Made by a program: the position numbers and the translations under genes | Shown: positions 13,524 to 25,190 of the stretch, piece by piece | How positions within the stretch are numbered: position 1 is the first letter of the stretch | Layout of the letters: each line of letters opens with the position of its first letter | Notes under the pieces: generated by a model | The model's database searches: none | What the model saw: only the letters and a program-made list of their open reading frames with translations | Told to the model about the DNA's origin: nothing | NCBI GenBank assembly: GCA_965112155.1 | Contig: OZ218108.1 | Length of the DNA stretch: 64,000 bases | Source: Podarcis liolepis | Lineage: Eukaryota | Direction: 5' to 3' (one strand)

Positions 13524-13688
13524 GCTCTGGCTCCCTCAGAGCCAAATTTGAACTTTCAGAAGGACCCAGTAAGCCAGCAACACTTGCAGTGCAATTTATC
13601 AGTGAAGGAAGCACACTTTCAGGAGTAGACGTTGAACTAGTAGGCACTGGCTACCGGCTTTCCCTACTCAAGAAGAGATTTGCCACTG
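13524..13688 (+). CDS. FCHO2: FCHO2 coding exon ([55 protein letters not shown])
   Basis: gaatag|GCTCTG...CCACTG|gtaaga; 165 bp; phase 1-1. Confidence 0.96.
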
Positions 13689-14319
13689 GTAAGAAGCATA
13701 ATCATAATAGGGCATACATTTCTTACTTTTTTAAATCATCAGTGGGATGTGGTTAATGCAGTACCAGTTTGCCCTTGCATGGAAGTCAAACATACCTCCT
13801 GAAAGTACACTGTGACTCACTGTGGTTCTGCTACACTCAGAACCATGAGTGCAAAGGGAGAACGTTTTTCTGTAATGTAGTAGACTCAGGAGAGTTTCCC
13901 CTGTCAGTCACAGTGCTTTGACACAAATCTCCCCTTCACATTTTACAACATTTACAATGGCAAATACCAGTGTATGTTCTACAAACATATTTGTTGAGGA
14001 AAGTGTGTGGAAAAAACCTAAGTTCTGTACTGACTTGACATCTTGGAATATAAGCAACTGAGTGCTCTAACATATACAATTCAAACATTGAAAACAGTGC
14101 CACCATTTTTGGCTGGCTGTGTTAGCCAACCAAAAATTATGATTGCCTGTCCCTGTCTCTCCCCTTGTTGACTTGCTCTCTCTCTGCCTTTCCTGTAAGT
14201 AAGGCTGGCAAAAGACTTGCTGCTTTGGTTGAAGTTCCAGGTTTAGGGAGAAGAGTGGAACTTGTGTCACCAGAGCACAGGAACCTATTTGCTATGGCCA
14301 GTGGAAATGTGGAAGCATA

Positions 14320-14928
14320 CTGTATTTCACTGCATACTAGTCGCCACCATGTAATAGTCACACACCCCTTTTTCGGACCCCAAAATTGGTCCCAGACCAT
14401 TCCTTGCGAAATAGTTGCAGAGGTAATTCTGAGGCAAGCTGGGAGTAGGCACAGGGGGCTCCTGAGGCAGTGAGGGCCGCAGTCCAGGCCCTCACTGGCT
14501 TGCCAGCTAGAGGAGACAAGGCAAGGCAAAGCCAGGCCCGGGCTGCTACTGCCACTAGTGCCGCCACCTTGGACTTGCCAAGAAGGGGAAGCAGCAGGTG
14601 GGCAAACGTCTCCACTGCCCATCCACCACCTTCCTCCGCCTCTGCATGAGCAAATAGCCTTGAGAAACCCAGGAAGAAAGAACTCTTAACAATGACTGAA
14701 GCCGCCACTTCTCCCAACAGAGCTTCGCGCTGGGAGAAGGCAAAATCCAGCGGAAAGGGTGAAGTCTGTGCCTTTTGCTTTGTATTGCAACAGTGCCCTG
14801 TTAAGAGAACCGGAGTCCATATCATATTGTTGCTTCTTAGCGTAATTCACCTCATAATAGACGCACCCCCCTTTTTTTGAAGGGAAAAATTGGCACAAAA
14901 AATGTGACCATTACGCGGCAAAATACGG
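14320..14928. mobile_element. Older Tigger-like non-autonomous DNA transposon
   Basis: Degenerate TIRs TA|ctgtatttcactgcatactagtcgc ... gtgaccattacgcggcaaaatacgg|TA; many mismatches fall at CpG positions. Confidence 0.7.
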
Positions 14929-15282
14929 TAATTTAAAACTATAGCCTTAGCTCAGTAATCAGTAAATCATTTATTGTGTTTGACTAAAGCCATTACAAAT
15001 TCAATTATAGATTCACAAGTCAATTAAAAGCTGTTAAAAGAAATATAGATATACATCAATTTACAATAAGTCAAATTAATGAATCGCCTGCACAGTCTAC
15101 AGCATTGTCTTTTATATAGCTAGCATATTTTAGCAGCTTTAGCAAATAGGGCTGTTTGTATGTGACAAGTGGATCTTAGTTGTTATCTTTAAATAGAAGA
15201 AAATTGTTTGTAAGTAATTAGTATAACTGTTTTTCACTTTATTGAAAAGGTATTAACTACAGAAGCTTTTTCTGTCTTTCAG

Positions 15283-15305
15283 GTCGATATATGGCAGATT
15301 GCTGA
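15283..15305 (+). CDS. FCHO2: FCHO2 final coding exon (GRYMADC*)
   Basis: tttcag|GTCGATATATGGCAGATTGCTGA; matches the recalled FCHO2 C-terminus GRYLADC. Confidence 0.95.
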
Positions 15306-18255
15306 TGAGCCAGTGTGGGGGGAAATGAGTTCTCTCAATGAATAGAAATTCACTATTTTACTACCTTTCCAACACTATTTTAACATGCATTTATTTTTTA
15401 AAAAATGTGTTGCTTAGTTTTTGAGTCTTATATCCAACAAAAATGCACTTTCCAAAATAAGTCATTTAAAACAAACTCTATTTTATTAGCACTGAAGTGA
15501 ACTCCAACACTATCTGTAGGTGGTCAGCTGATATACTGGGAAACAAGATTACGCAAATGCTTAATACTTATGTAGCCTCAAAGCCAAAATAGCAGTCATT
15601 TCTGGTATTTAAAAGGTGTGGTGCTTTGTGATACCAAAAGCAACCACATTATTTTAGCTTTCTATAAATATTACTGAAGTATACTTTTTCCAGTTTCAAT
15701 ATTGCCATTTCATTTAAAAAAGTGGCAAAGTAATTTTTTTTTCATTCTTGTATATTCATGTGCCATATCTGGTTAGAGATACGTATACAAAATAACTTGA
15801 TTTTCATATACCATATATAATTAAGTGTATATTATTTTATAAAAGATGGTTTTAAAAATGTAAAGTGCAATGTTTTTTTAAAAAAATTGCAACAGACAAC
15901 AGATATTTACTTCTGCCATTAGTTAACTTTATGGGAGTTGTAATTTTTAATTAATGCTGTAGATTAATTTATTTTTATATGGAATGTGTAACATTTGTGC
16001 CTTTTAAAAACTGTGCCTATCAAAATGTCTATATGCCTCTTATTTCTTTTTTTCAATGTGTAGATCTTCCATACAGAAAAGCTGATGTTTTTCTGTGTAA
16101 TATGTACAACTACATAATTCCCTAAAGCAGGGATTTGGAAGGGAAACTTCAAATAACTCTAAAACAGCCGCTAAAATATTACATTGCTTCCTTGTGGGTT
16201 GAATGCAATAAATGCAGCCACTGTAAAGGGAACTGCTTGACTTTTATATATTCACAGAAAAACAACTTGATATCAAAATTCAACTTCAGTATCACCAAAG
16301 ATGTGTAAAATCCTGAAGGTGTGTTAAATAAGTTTAAAACAATTTATACAAGAATAATTATAGCATTCCCTTTTGCTAACTATAAAGTTTTGAAGTTTCA
16401 AGTGCTTTCAAAGGTGACATGAATGTAAATGTAGTAGCTTTAGAGACGTAATATTTTTCAATGTTTATTTTGAGCAGAACAAAAATTGTCATTCATGCTA
16501 ATTTCAACAAAATTGATAAACTTGGCATTTGAATGTTTGGATTCATCACTTTTTAAACACAGTGGCTCTAAACATCAACAGAAGTGATCTAGTGGGATCA
16601 TTTTTAGCACAAATTCATACTTTTAAAGCTTGCTATGTATTGTGTTGTTAAGAACTTGTTAAATCCTGAAATAAAAAGTTAAGGGGGTGTGGAATTCTGT
16701 GCACTTCTGAATTGCAGTGTCTAGGGGGGAAATAATTAAATATAAAAATGCTTATAAAATCAGTATTGGATTGACCAGTCAGCTTTATATATAAAATGTA
16801 GATATATAATGCTCTTAGCCACAAGTTTTGGAGAATGGGAACACACTATAAAGGCTGCAACTAGTGGCAAGTGCACGTGTTACATAGATTTCAAAGGATT
16901 TTATATTCAAGCTGAGCCAAGTATCCTGTCTTCCCCTCTCCCCCACTTTAATCTCCTGCAAAAGGAGACAGAATATCAGAGATTTTGGGGAGACAGGAAC
17001 AAAATTTAGGAACTTCTGGCTGGAGGATGGGCTTGTGTTACAAAGTGGCTGAAGGTTTTTTTTTTCATTTTTAACAAACAGAAAAATAAACCATTTACTG
17101 CCATTTCAAGTGGTGTTGCCCTGAGCAGTGTTCCTTTTGAAATTAGAAACAGAATGTCCTGTAAGAATGACACACTGTCATGACATAGTGTTGTTCCCAG
17201 CAGCACTCTTGGAAGGAAAAGAGGTGTCTGTCACCACTGGTCAATGATATAGTAGAGTTTCCATGGGGTGTTCTGTCCCTAATTTCAAAGGGAAGGCTGC
17301 CAAGCTGCTGAAGGCAACCCAATTGGCTCTTGAACGACAGCAAAGCTTCCCCCCTTAAAAATAAAAATGCCACCTTCTCTTTAACGGTAATCCCACACCA
17401 CATACCCAATATTCTTTGATTTCACCCATTCTCTGAAGACCAGATTAATCTTGGGTGGGAGTCGTCCCCCACTGCCCTGCCTCCAAAATGCTGAAAAAAC
17501 TCTGGGCTGAATATTTTAGCCTAGTCATATTTTATACATTCATAACTAAGTGTAGGGTTGCAGTCAAAAGATTTATAGTGAATTAGTTTGCTTTTTAAAT
17601 GTTTTGATTGTTTTATCAAATCTTAACTGGGATTTCATTGCAGCAATATATATTGGATTTTCATATTTAAAAATGTTAGTCTTTACTGAATTATTACTAG
17701 AATTTTTAAACTAAAATTGGCATAAATTGGCATTTCAAAAGGTACAGTCTTTTACCAGAATCTTAATTGTAATCTGCTAATGCAATCAAAACTGCTTGAA
17801 CAGTTTAATCCTTACTATTGAAATTCAGTTTATTTTGTTTTTCATTATTAATCGTGTATTATTTCTAAATTCGTGCAAAAGCTAAGTTTCAGCACTTTTG
17901 ATCTAGCCTTAATACCAAGTGTTCTCAAACATACATTCGCAAAGAGTGCAGGTTACAATTCTGAAGCCATACAAGTTTATTAGCATATTTGTAAAGAACT
18001 CTAGAAATTGTATAAAACCACAAATATCTGAAAAACTGCATGTAGCAAGCTGGATCTTGCTTCTTTATAAAAGTGATCCGTTTTATAGCTGCCTCTTGAG
18101 AGAATTTGTAAACACAACTCTAAAGGGTTTTAGGTTTGTATGAACTGTAAATTAGAGCAATATAAATCTCCTAGAAAAATTGTAAATACATCTGATCTTT
18201 CACAAAATGTAAAAAATATTGCACCCCATAATAAACATATAATATATAACTTATA
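15306..18255 (+). other. FCHO2: Probable FCHO2 3' UTR with candidate poly(A) signals
   Basis: AT-rich, TE-poor sequence after the stop; AATAAA at 16207, 16670 and 18230. The actual 3' end cannot be fixed from sequence alone. Confidence 0.55.
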
Positions 18256-18609
18256 AATTGACTCTGCTGTTTATATGCTATCTCAGGTCAAGGACAGTCT
18301 TCTCACATAAAATGTGTTGGTTTTTCAAACAAAGGAAATACTTTTAACATGTTTGTATTTTATTAAAGCATGTGATACAATAGGTTTTTTTCCTTTTCTT
18401 TTAAATGATACCTAAATGCTACCTAGCAGCCTCCTATGGGCAGATGGTTTTATTTTTCTGTAGGGGCTCATTGGACAGAAAAACTTCATGGGATCTTTGT
18501 ACCATTTTTGTTTTTAAAAACTCAAGGGATTTGGCAAAAGGAAGCAACGGGTTTAGAGTAGGTCCTATGCCAAAAGCAGTCTGTCTTTCCACTTAACAGA
18601 AAATGGTTT

Positions 18610-18799
18610 AAATAAAAAAATTCCTTCCAGTAGCACCTTAAAGACCAACTAAGTTAGTTCTTGGTATGAGCTTTCGTGTGCATGCACACTTCTTCAGATA
18701 CACATGTGTATCTGAAGAAGTGTGCATGCACACGAAAGCTCATACCAAGAACTAACTTAGTTGGTCTTTAAGGTGCTACTGGAAGGAATTTTTTTATTT
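18610..18799. repeat. Perfect 190-bp palindrome (95-bp arms, no spacer); Penelope-like element inverted terminal remnant
   Basis: Arms checked base by base; centre between 18704 and 18705 (gatacaca|tgtgtatc). Confidence 0.93.
18708..18745 (+). ncRNA. Minimal hammerhead ribozyme core of Penelope type (mirror copy on - strand at 18664-18701)
   Basis: GUAU-CUGAAGA-A-GUGUG(CAUG)CACAC-GAAA-GC-UC-AUAC: CUGANGA box, stem II, GAAA box, palindromic AGCU mini stem III, UC cleavage site, stem I GUAU/AUAC. Confidence 0.65.
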
Positions 18800-20083
18800 T
18801 GACTATGGCAGACCAACACGGCTACCTATCTACTACCAGAAAATGGTTTGGTTTTCTACTTCCTTTCCTCCCATACAAGAAAGTTGTGGGAATGGAGGGT
18901 AAGGTATATGACATAACATTGCACAGTGTATCCTGTATCTGAAAATTCAGGCACAATAGGATGATATGGGTGTGCATTCTTAGATACACACACACACACA
19001 CATGCACCACACACACACTCTTGCATTTATGCCGCCATTTTCAGGAGGCCAGGTGCTTTGCTAGAACCAAAAAAAGAGGGTGTGTTTGGAAACATAACAA
19101 GCAGAGCTACAGTAACTAATCAAAGATCCCATCATTGGTTTTAAATGTGCCCTGATTTTAAAGAAGGCATTCCTCTTCCTTCTCCTAAATGGGTGCCTGC
19201 TATTTCCTTCCCCTTCCTGTTAGTAAGGGGAGGAATTAGATGGAAACTTTGTGTGCTTTCACAGGCTAACACCATTACTGGTGCTCACCACTTGGAGAAG
19301 TCAGGCAGGAAGAAGGATGATTTATCTGCACCACTGCTATGACATGCCATCATACTGAGTAATTCCCAAAGAGGCAGTAAGACTGCCATTCTGCAGATTT
19401 CTTTTGGAGGAAGTTCCATTGAACCAGCAAGACTTATGATTGACTGGATCTAGGAAGCAAGTTCTTTTTCTTCAGAATCCTTGGGCTATGTAGTTTATAT
19501 ACCACTTCACATTTCAAAGAAAATATCTAAACATTTTACAACCTAAGAATATCACCAATAAAAATCTAATGCAAAAATACAGTAAAAAAATATATCCACA
19601 TTTTAGGGCCACACAGATAACTATTAGATAATATATCCTCTTAAACATCAATATCAGCTGCAACAACTACCATAAGGGCACCGTAACAACCACTGTCACA
19701 AATGGACTTTGTTTTGCTTTTCTGCATTACTAGCTTTATTATAAATTATTTTGATTCAAAGTTTGTGACGCCAGAGTTGAAGTACTCTATTAAGTGTCCC
19801 AACCTTGTCTTTTAGCTGTGATAGTGTATACAGTATACATTATTTGAGAGCAAGAGCCAACAGGCTTCACTCAAGAATTTCAAAGTCTGTATTTTCTTAT
19901 CTACATCTATTCCAGTGCCAAATACACTGTTTCTGCAGTTTGTATTCCTGCCATGTTAAAGTGTCAAGTCCTTTCTTTTGTGTCTCTGGTGATAAACCAG
20001 AAGTAACCTCACAGAGGCAACATACTTTCACCATCCAGGTTTATTTTAGTTATTCGGTGTTTGCTCAAACAATGGGAACAGTA

Positions 20084-20260
20084 AAGTGGTACCTCTGGTC
20101 ACCGACAGAATCCATTCCGGAGGTCCAGTTGGATCCATAGTTTTCCGCAACCTAAAGACCGGTTTTGTGCATGCAAAGCCGATAAAATACTTCCGGGTTT
20201 GCTGTGCTTGCATCCTGAAGTTTATGTAACCAGAGGGTTATGTAAACGGAGTTTCGACTG
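20084..20260. mobile_element. Degenerate Tigger-type MITE
   Basis: TA|aagtggtacctctgg ... cggagtttcgactg|TA; ends resemble 49352-49572. Confidence 0.55.
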
Positions 20261-21149
20261 TATTTGCATAGGGTAGGCATATCTCCTTTCATGGCCAGGT
20301 CACCTGGCCAGTTAGCTAAACTGTCATCAAAAGAATATGTGGCAGGGCCTGTTTATACAATGTATAAAACTGTGTTTCCAAAGCGGCTTAGAAGTGGAAG
20401 ACCTGAGCTGGTTAAACTGGGAGCTTATAAACTTTGTGTCTACATAACCTGTATATTTGTTTTTTATACAACAAGGAGCCAATTTTACATGGCAGTAGTT
20501 GCTAACCTGAGGTCCTCCAAATCCTCTTGGACTCTAGCTCCCATCAACTCCAGGCAGCATGGCAAAAGGCCAGAAATTATGGGAGCTGTAGTCTAGCAGC
20601 ATTTGGCGTTCCACAGGTTAGCTATGCCAACTATTCTGGCGTGGCTACCTCCATGAACGTGAGAGTGCAAGTTTCTAATCTAAAATACTTTTTGCGTGAA
20701 ACATTTTATTTATTTGCTAGAATGAGTTCAACCATACCAGCAAAGTGTTCTGAATTCAGACCTTCCTAGCTTGGTAAAAATCACTTGAAAAACAGGATAA
20801 CCATTTCATTGAACCCATCATAAATTACTGTAGTAAAAATCCTACACTTGGCTGGATCCTACCACAGTAGCCTGGGTCGATGTACCGCTTCTGAAAATAG
20901 CTGCCCATTTGGTTAGGAGTCCTTTGTGATCTCAGTGGCAGCTATACTATCACTACAATGTAAGAATGATCCCTTAGTTGCAAGCTGGCAAATGTAGACC
21001 ATCTAAATGTACAATTACTGGAGAGTGGACTGCCGTCTTAAGAGAACATCCTTGGACCATGAACTGTTACCACCCAATGACAAATATACCCATCAAGTGA
21101 AAGGTGTTGGAAAGGGTGATGGCAGTCCAGCTTCAGGGATACATGGAGG

Positions 21150-21655
21150 AGTTGTAATGTCTGGATCCATCTCTGTCTGGCTTCAGGACAGGTCATAGCT
21201 ACCTCTGTCACCCTGGTTAATTACATTTGTCAGGATAGAGATGGAAGGAGGGCATGTAGCCTTGCTCATTCTGCTTGATATTGCAGAGGCTTTTGATACC
21301 ATTAAATACTATGATATCCTTCTGGAGGGGCTCAACATGAGAACTAGGGGTACTGTACTTAAATTGTTCTACTCCTACCTCCACAGTTATTTCCAGAAAG
21401 TAGGGGGGCACTGTTCAAGGCAATGGCAGTTTTCCTGTGGTCTCCTGCAGGGTTCCATCTTGTTCCCCATGCTATTTAACATCTATACGAAGCCCATGGG
21501 AGCTGTCATTTGACGTGAAGTGTCATCAGTATGTGAAGGACAAGTAACTCTGTTCCATCTGAATCAGGAAAGGCAGCTGAGGTGCTAGGCCGGTGTTTAG
21601 AAGCTGGATGTGAGTCAACAAACCGAAACTCAATCCTGAAAAGATTCAGAAGTGG
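21150..21655 (+). mobile_element. Degraded L2-clade LINE reverse transcriptase fragment
   Basis: LILLDIAEAFDTI and QGSILFPMLFNIY motifs, then a decayed YADD and KLNPEK region; stops and frameshifts. Confidence 0.8.
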
Positions 21656-21665
21656 TATTAGACTA

Positions 21666-21715
<50 letters not shown>
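21666..21715. repeat. (ATT)n microsatellite
   Basis: Direct reading. Confidence 0.9.
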
Positions 21716-21716
<1 letters not shown>

Positions 21717-22639
21717 TGTACTTAGGATGCTTCCACAGAAGAACTTCATATTGCAAATGTGTCATTCTGATTTTTCTCTGTATACATCTGATACATTAGC
21801 TTCCATGCATTTATTTTTCATTCAACATTCATTGCTGTTCTGCCATCCATACCAGCAAGCAGAGCTTGATAGAATATACCTGCCCTGTTTTTCTGTCCTT
21901 CCTCTCTCACACTCCTCCCTTGACTCTTGCTACCTTCTCCCATGCTGGGCATGCATGTAGTTCTGAACCAGAGTGTGCATACTTTTAAAAATTAATTACT
22001 AAGAAGTGTGCAAAAGGAAATATGATCTGCCTTACACATCCAGCTAACGTTTCATGGTGATTATACTGGAGGTTTCCTTTGGTGTTGGGGTCTGTAGAAC
22101 TAAATGGCTGAGTTGTACTCTGGTGCAGAGCAAATGGAAAGGGGCGCAAAGATACCTATCACCCACCAAAACGTAATCACACATGATAAAAGACAGAAGG
22201 CACTAAGGAGTGGTTGTAGATCACAAGCTTCCTGCTGTTAAAAAAGTAGGAGCTGGAATTTTGACCAGGATGTGCTTGACTTGAGGTGGGAGCAATACCG
22301 ATTCCACAATAAACTCGTATACGGTAATTAATTTTCTAGAGCTCCAGTGCCACTGTCTTTTCCACTACTGTATACATTTTCTGGTGAACCCGCAGCCGTT
22401 TAAAATGTGACAGTATGAAATGTGCCTGTTTGCCACAGAGAACCCAAGACGGAAAATGGGAAGTTGAAGCCTGGCTTCTTCCTGCATGGCCCTTTCTTAT
22501 TGCATTGAATATATACAAAGTTATCTAAAAGACTTGGGGTGTATTTTTTATTTATTTAGGTGGCAGCTTTATTCTCCCTGGCTATGAAATAGTTGGCTTG
22601 CACCTGCGGACTAGAGGGGTTTCTGTTCCTTGAACGTCC

Positions 22640-23690
22640 TGCTAATTTAAACCCCCACTTTCTTTCCGTGCCCTCCAACGAAGGGGGCGCCTAGCATGAG
22701 GGACCCCTCCGGGCAGCCACAGAGTCCCCCCATTCCTGCTCTCCCAGCCCTCAGGCACTTTCCCTGCCCAGTCGCCGCCCTCCGCTTGGCGGACGCAGGC
22801 GCGCCTCCCCGCCCGGTGCTGAGGGGGCTTCTTCTCCACCCCAGAGGGCGCGCTTGCCTCGCACAGGACGGCGCGCTGGCCGGGTAAAGAATCCTCTCTT
22901 TCCCTTCAGAAGCGGAGACCGAAGGGAAAGAGGGGGGAAAATCACCGCGCGGCTCCCGCTCAAGGTCACTCCGGGCGGCCCCAACCCAGCGACGTCAACC
23001 CCCGACGCCGAAGGGAGGCGGCCCGGCTGTCGGCCAGCGGCGCAGCGCCTCACTCCGCGCCCCCCAGCGAAGAGAAGGCGGCGCTCCTCGAGCCGCTCTG
23101 CTTGGAGGTATTCGCCGCGCTTCTTGCGCCGCCAGCAACCTCTCTCGGGTCAAGAGGCGGAGGGGGGGAAGAGAGGCGAAGGTGGGGGAGCCTATCATGG
23201 GTGCCGTGGCGGGAATGGCGGCGGGGGCCGAGGTGCAGGAGGCGAAAGAGAGGCTCCCTTTCCCCCAGAGCGACAATGAGAGGCTGGAGCTTTCCCGCCT
23301 CTGGGGAGGAAAACAACAGCCCACCCGCCTTCCTCCGGGTGCATTAGGCGAGGGCCGACGCTTTCCCCATCCTCAGGGTATTGCAGCTTTTCTCTCTCCC
23401 CCCCTCACAGCTTCCTGTCATGCTGCCGCACTCCTCTGGGTGGCGTTTAAGGTGGTGGTGGGAGGGTTGATACGTGCCGACCATCACGGGGGTGGACATG
23501 GCGTGCGTAAAAGCGCCTACTTGTGTCTCGGGCTGGGCGCTTGCCCGCCAGGTGTGTCCTTGGAAAAAGGCCGCGCTTTTGACTCGTTTCATTTCTCAGG
23601 CCGGGGTTGCAGGGTGTCCTCGTTGGGTGCAAGGGGTCGCCGCTCTTCACGCGGAGGAATGGGCGCTCTTGCCCCATGCAGTGTGGCCGC
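22640..23690. promoter_or_regulatory. CpG island, probable TMEM171 promoter and non-coding first exon
   Basis: About 1 kb of CpG-dense, non-repetitive sequence 7 kb upstream of a TMEM171 exon that starts at a splice acceptor and so needs an upstream exon. Assignment to TMEM171 is inference. Confidence 0.65.
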
Positions 23691-23822
23691 AGCTTAGTGG
23701 TAGAACATCTGCTGGGCTGGGAAAGTCATGCCCTGTCTCAAACCGTAGAGAGCAGCTGCCGGTCAGTCAGTAGCGATGGACCATTGCTGTGCCTCTGTAT
23801 CAGGCAACTTCCTATGTTCCTA
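23685..23822 (+). mobile_element. Degenerate tRNA-derived SINE (Squam3-like)
   Basis: A-box-like gcagcttagtggtagaacat head and aggcaacttcctatgttccta tail; related to 25001-25190. Confidence 0.6.
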
Positions 23823-25000
23823 TGCTGTCTCCTTTTCACAGGTCATGCTCTCTGCCCTTACCTTTACTGCTGAACCAATAACACCCAGGAGCAACTATGT
23901 CTGCCGTGTACAGGTTGCTGGTGCCAGATCGGATTAGTATATTCCCTTCCTTACCTGCTAACTGTAGTTGGATGACACAACATTTATTGTCTTACTAGCA
24001 AACTGATTTCCCTCCTTTCACAAACACTGCACACAATGAGTTTGGGCATTCTTAATGTTTTGTTATGGGGAAAGGGGATGCATGCAAGCTGTGTAAAAAA
24101 AGTTAGCAATCTAAATGGGGAAATATGCATACTTGCAGAAAAGAATGTTTCAAAGTCATTGCTGAACTCATTCTTCAGTAGGGGCATGTCAACAGATCCT
24201 TTAGGGGTGTTTTGCTCCTGTTGACTCAGCATTAAAAAAACGAATAATATTTCATTTATTTCCTGCCTTTCCTCCAAGGAGCACCCACTTCTGCATTTTA
24301 TTTGCACAACAACCTTGCAAGTTGGTTAGGCTGAGACTCAGTGACTGGCCGAAGGTCACAGCTGAGTGGATATTTGAACCAGGTCTCCCAAATGCAATTC
24401 AATACTTTAACAAATGTGCCTATTTGATTACAAAAAAAGCTTCAGATTTAATTGCAGAAGTGCTTCCAGCCATATGTACCCTAATCTTTTCTTATAAGTT
24501 TCAAAGGTGCACTTGTGCATGGCTGCTTGCTAAGGCATACTTTTATATGCATCTCTGGCAGGCAACCAGTGACTCTCCTGATGTTATTGGACAGCAACTC
24601 CCATCATCCTTTGCCCTTGGCTGTGCTCACTGGGGCTGAAGGGAGTCAAAGTCCAACAACAACTGGAAGGCTGAAGACTCTTCACCCCTTGTCTATGAGC
24701 TACGTGTTCCTCATGTGTTTATCTTTTCTTCAGTCATTATCAATAAACATCTATATTGAATGAAAAAAGTCACTTGTGCATCTGTCTGGCAGCAATCTAT
24801 TAACATCCAGAGCTACTCTTGATTTTGAATAATGTCTAGCTTTTAATGCTATCAGTCTTTAGCATAGATAACTGCATATATTGGAAGCCACAAAGTACAT
24901 GTCATATGCAATCTCCTGCTTGCGTTGTAGGTAGAAGCCCATTCATTTCTTTGTCCTTAATTTTTGATGGAATGAGGACCTCACATCTCACTGTATTGTT

Positions 25001-25190
25001 AGGAACATAGGAAGTTGCTGTGTGCTGAGTCAGACTACCTGTCCCTCTAGCTCAGTATTGTTTACTCTGACTAGTAGTCGCTCTCAAGGGTTTTAGGCAG
25101 GAGTCTTTCCTCCACCGTATCTGGAGATGCCAGGGGGTGAACCTGAGACCACCTGCATGCACAGCATGTGCTCTTCCACTGAACTATGAT
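25001..25190 (-). mobile_element. tRNA-derived SINE (Squam3-like)
   Basis: Minus-strand head catagttcagtggaagagcacatg...ggttcaccccctggcatctcca and tail ...cttcctatgttcct. Confidence 0.7.

Noticed and set aside
25120-25190. tRNA genes (here and at the Sauria SINE heads)
   Set aside because: These are degenerate tRNA-derived heads continuous with SINE bodies and tails, several with TSDs.
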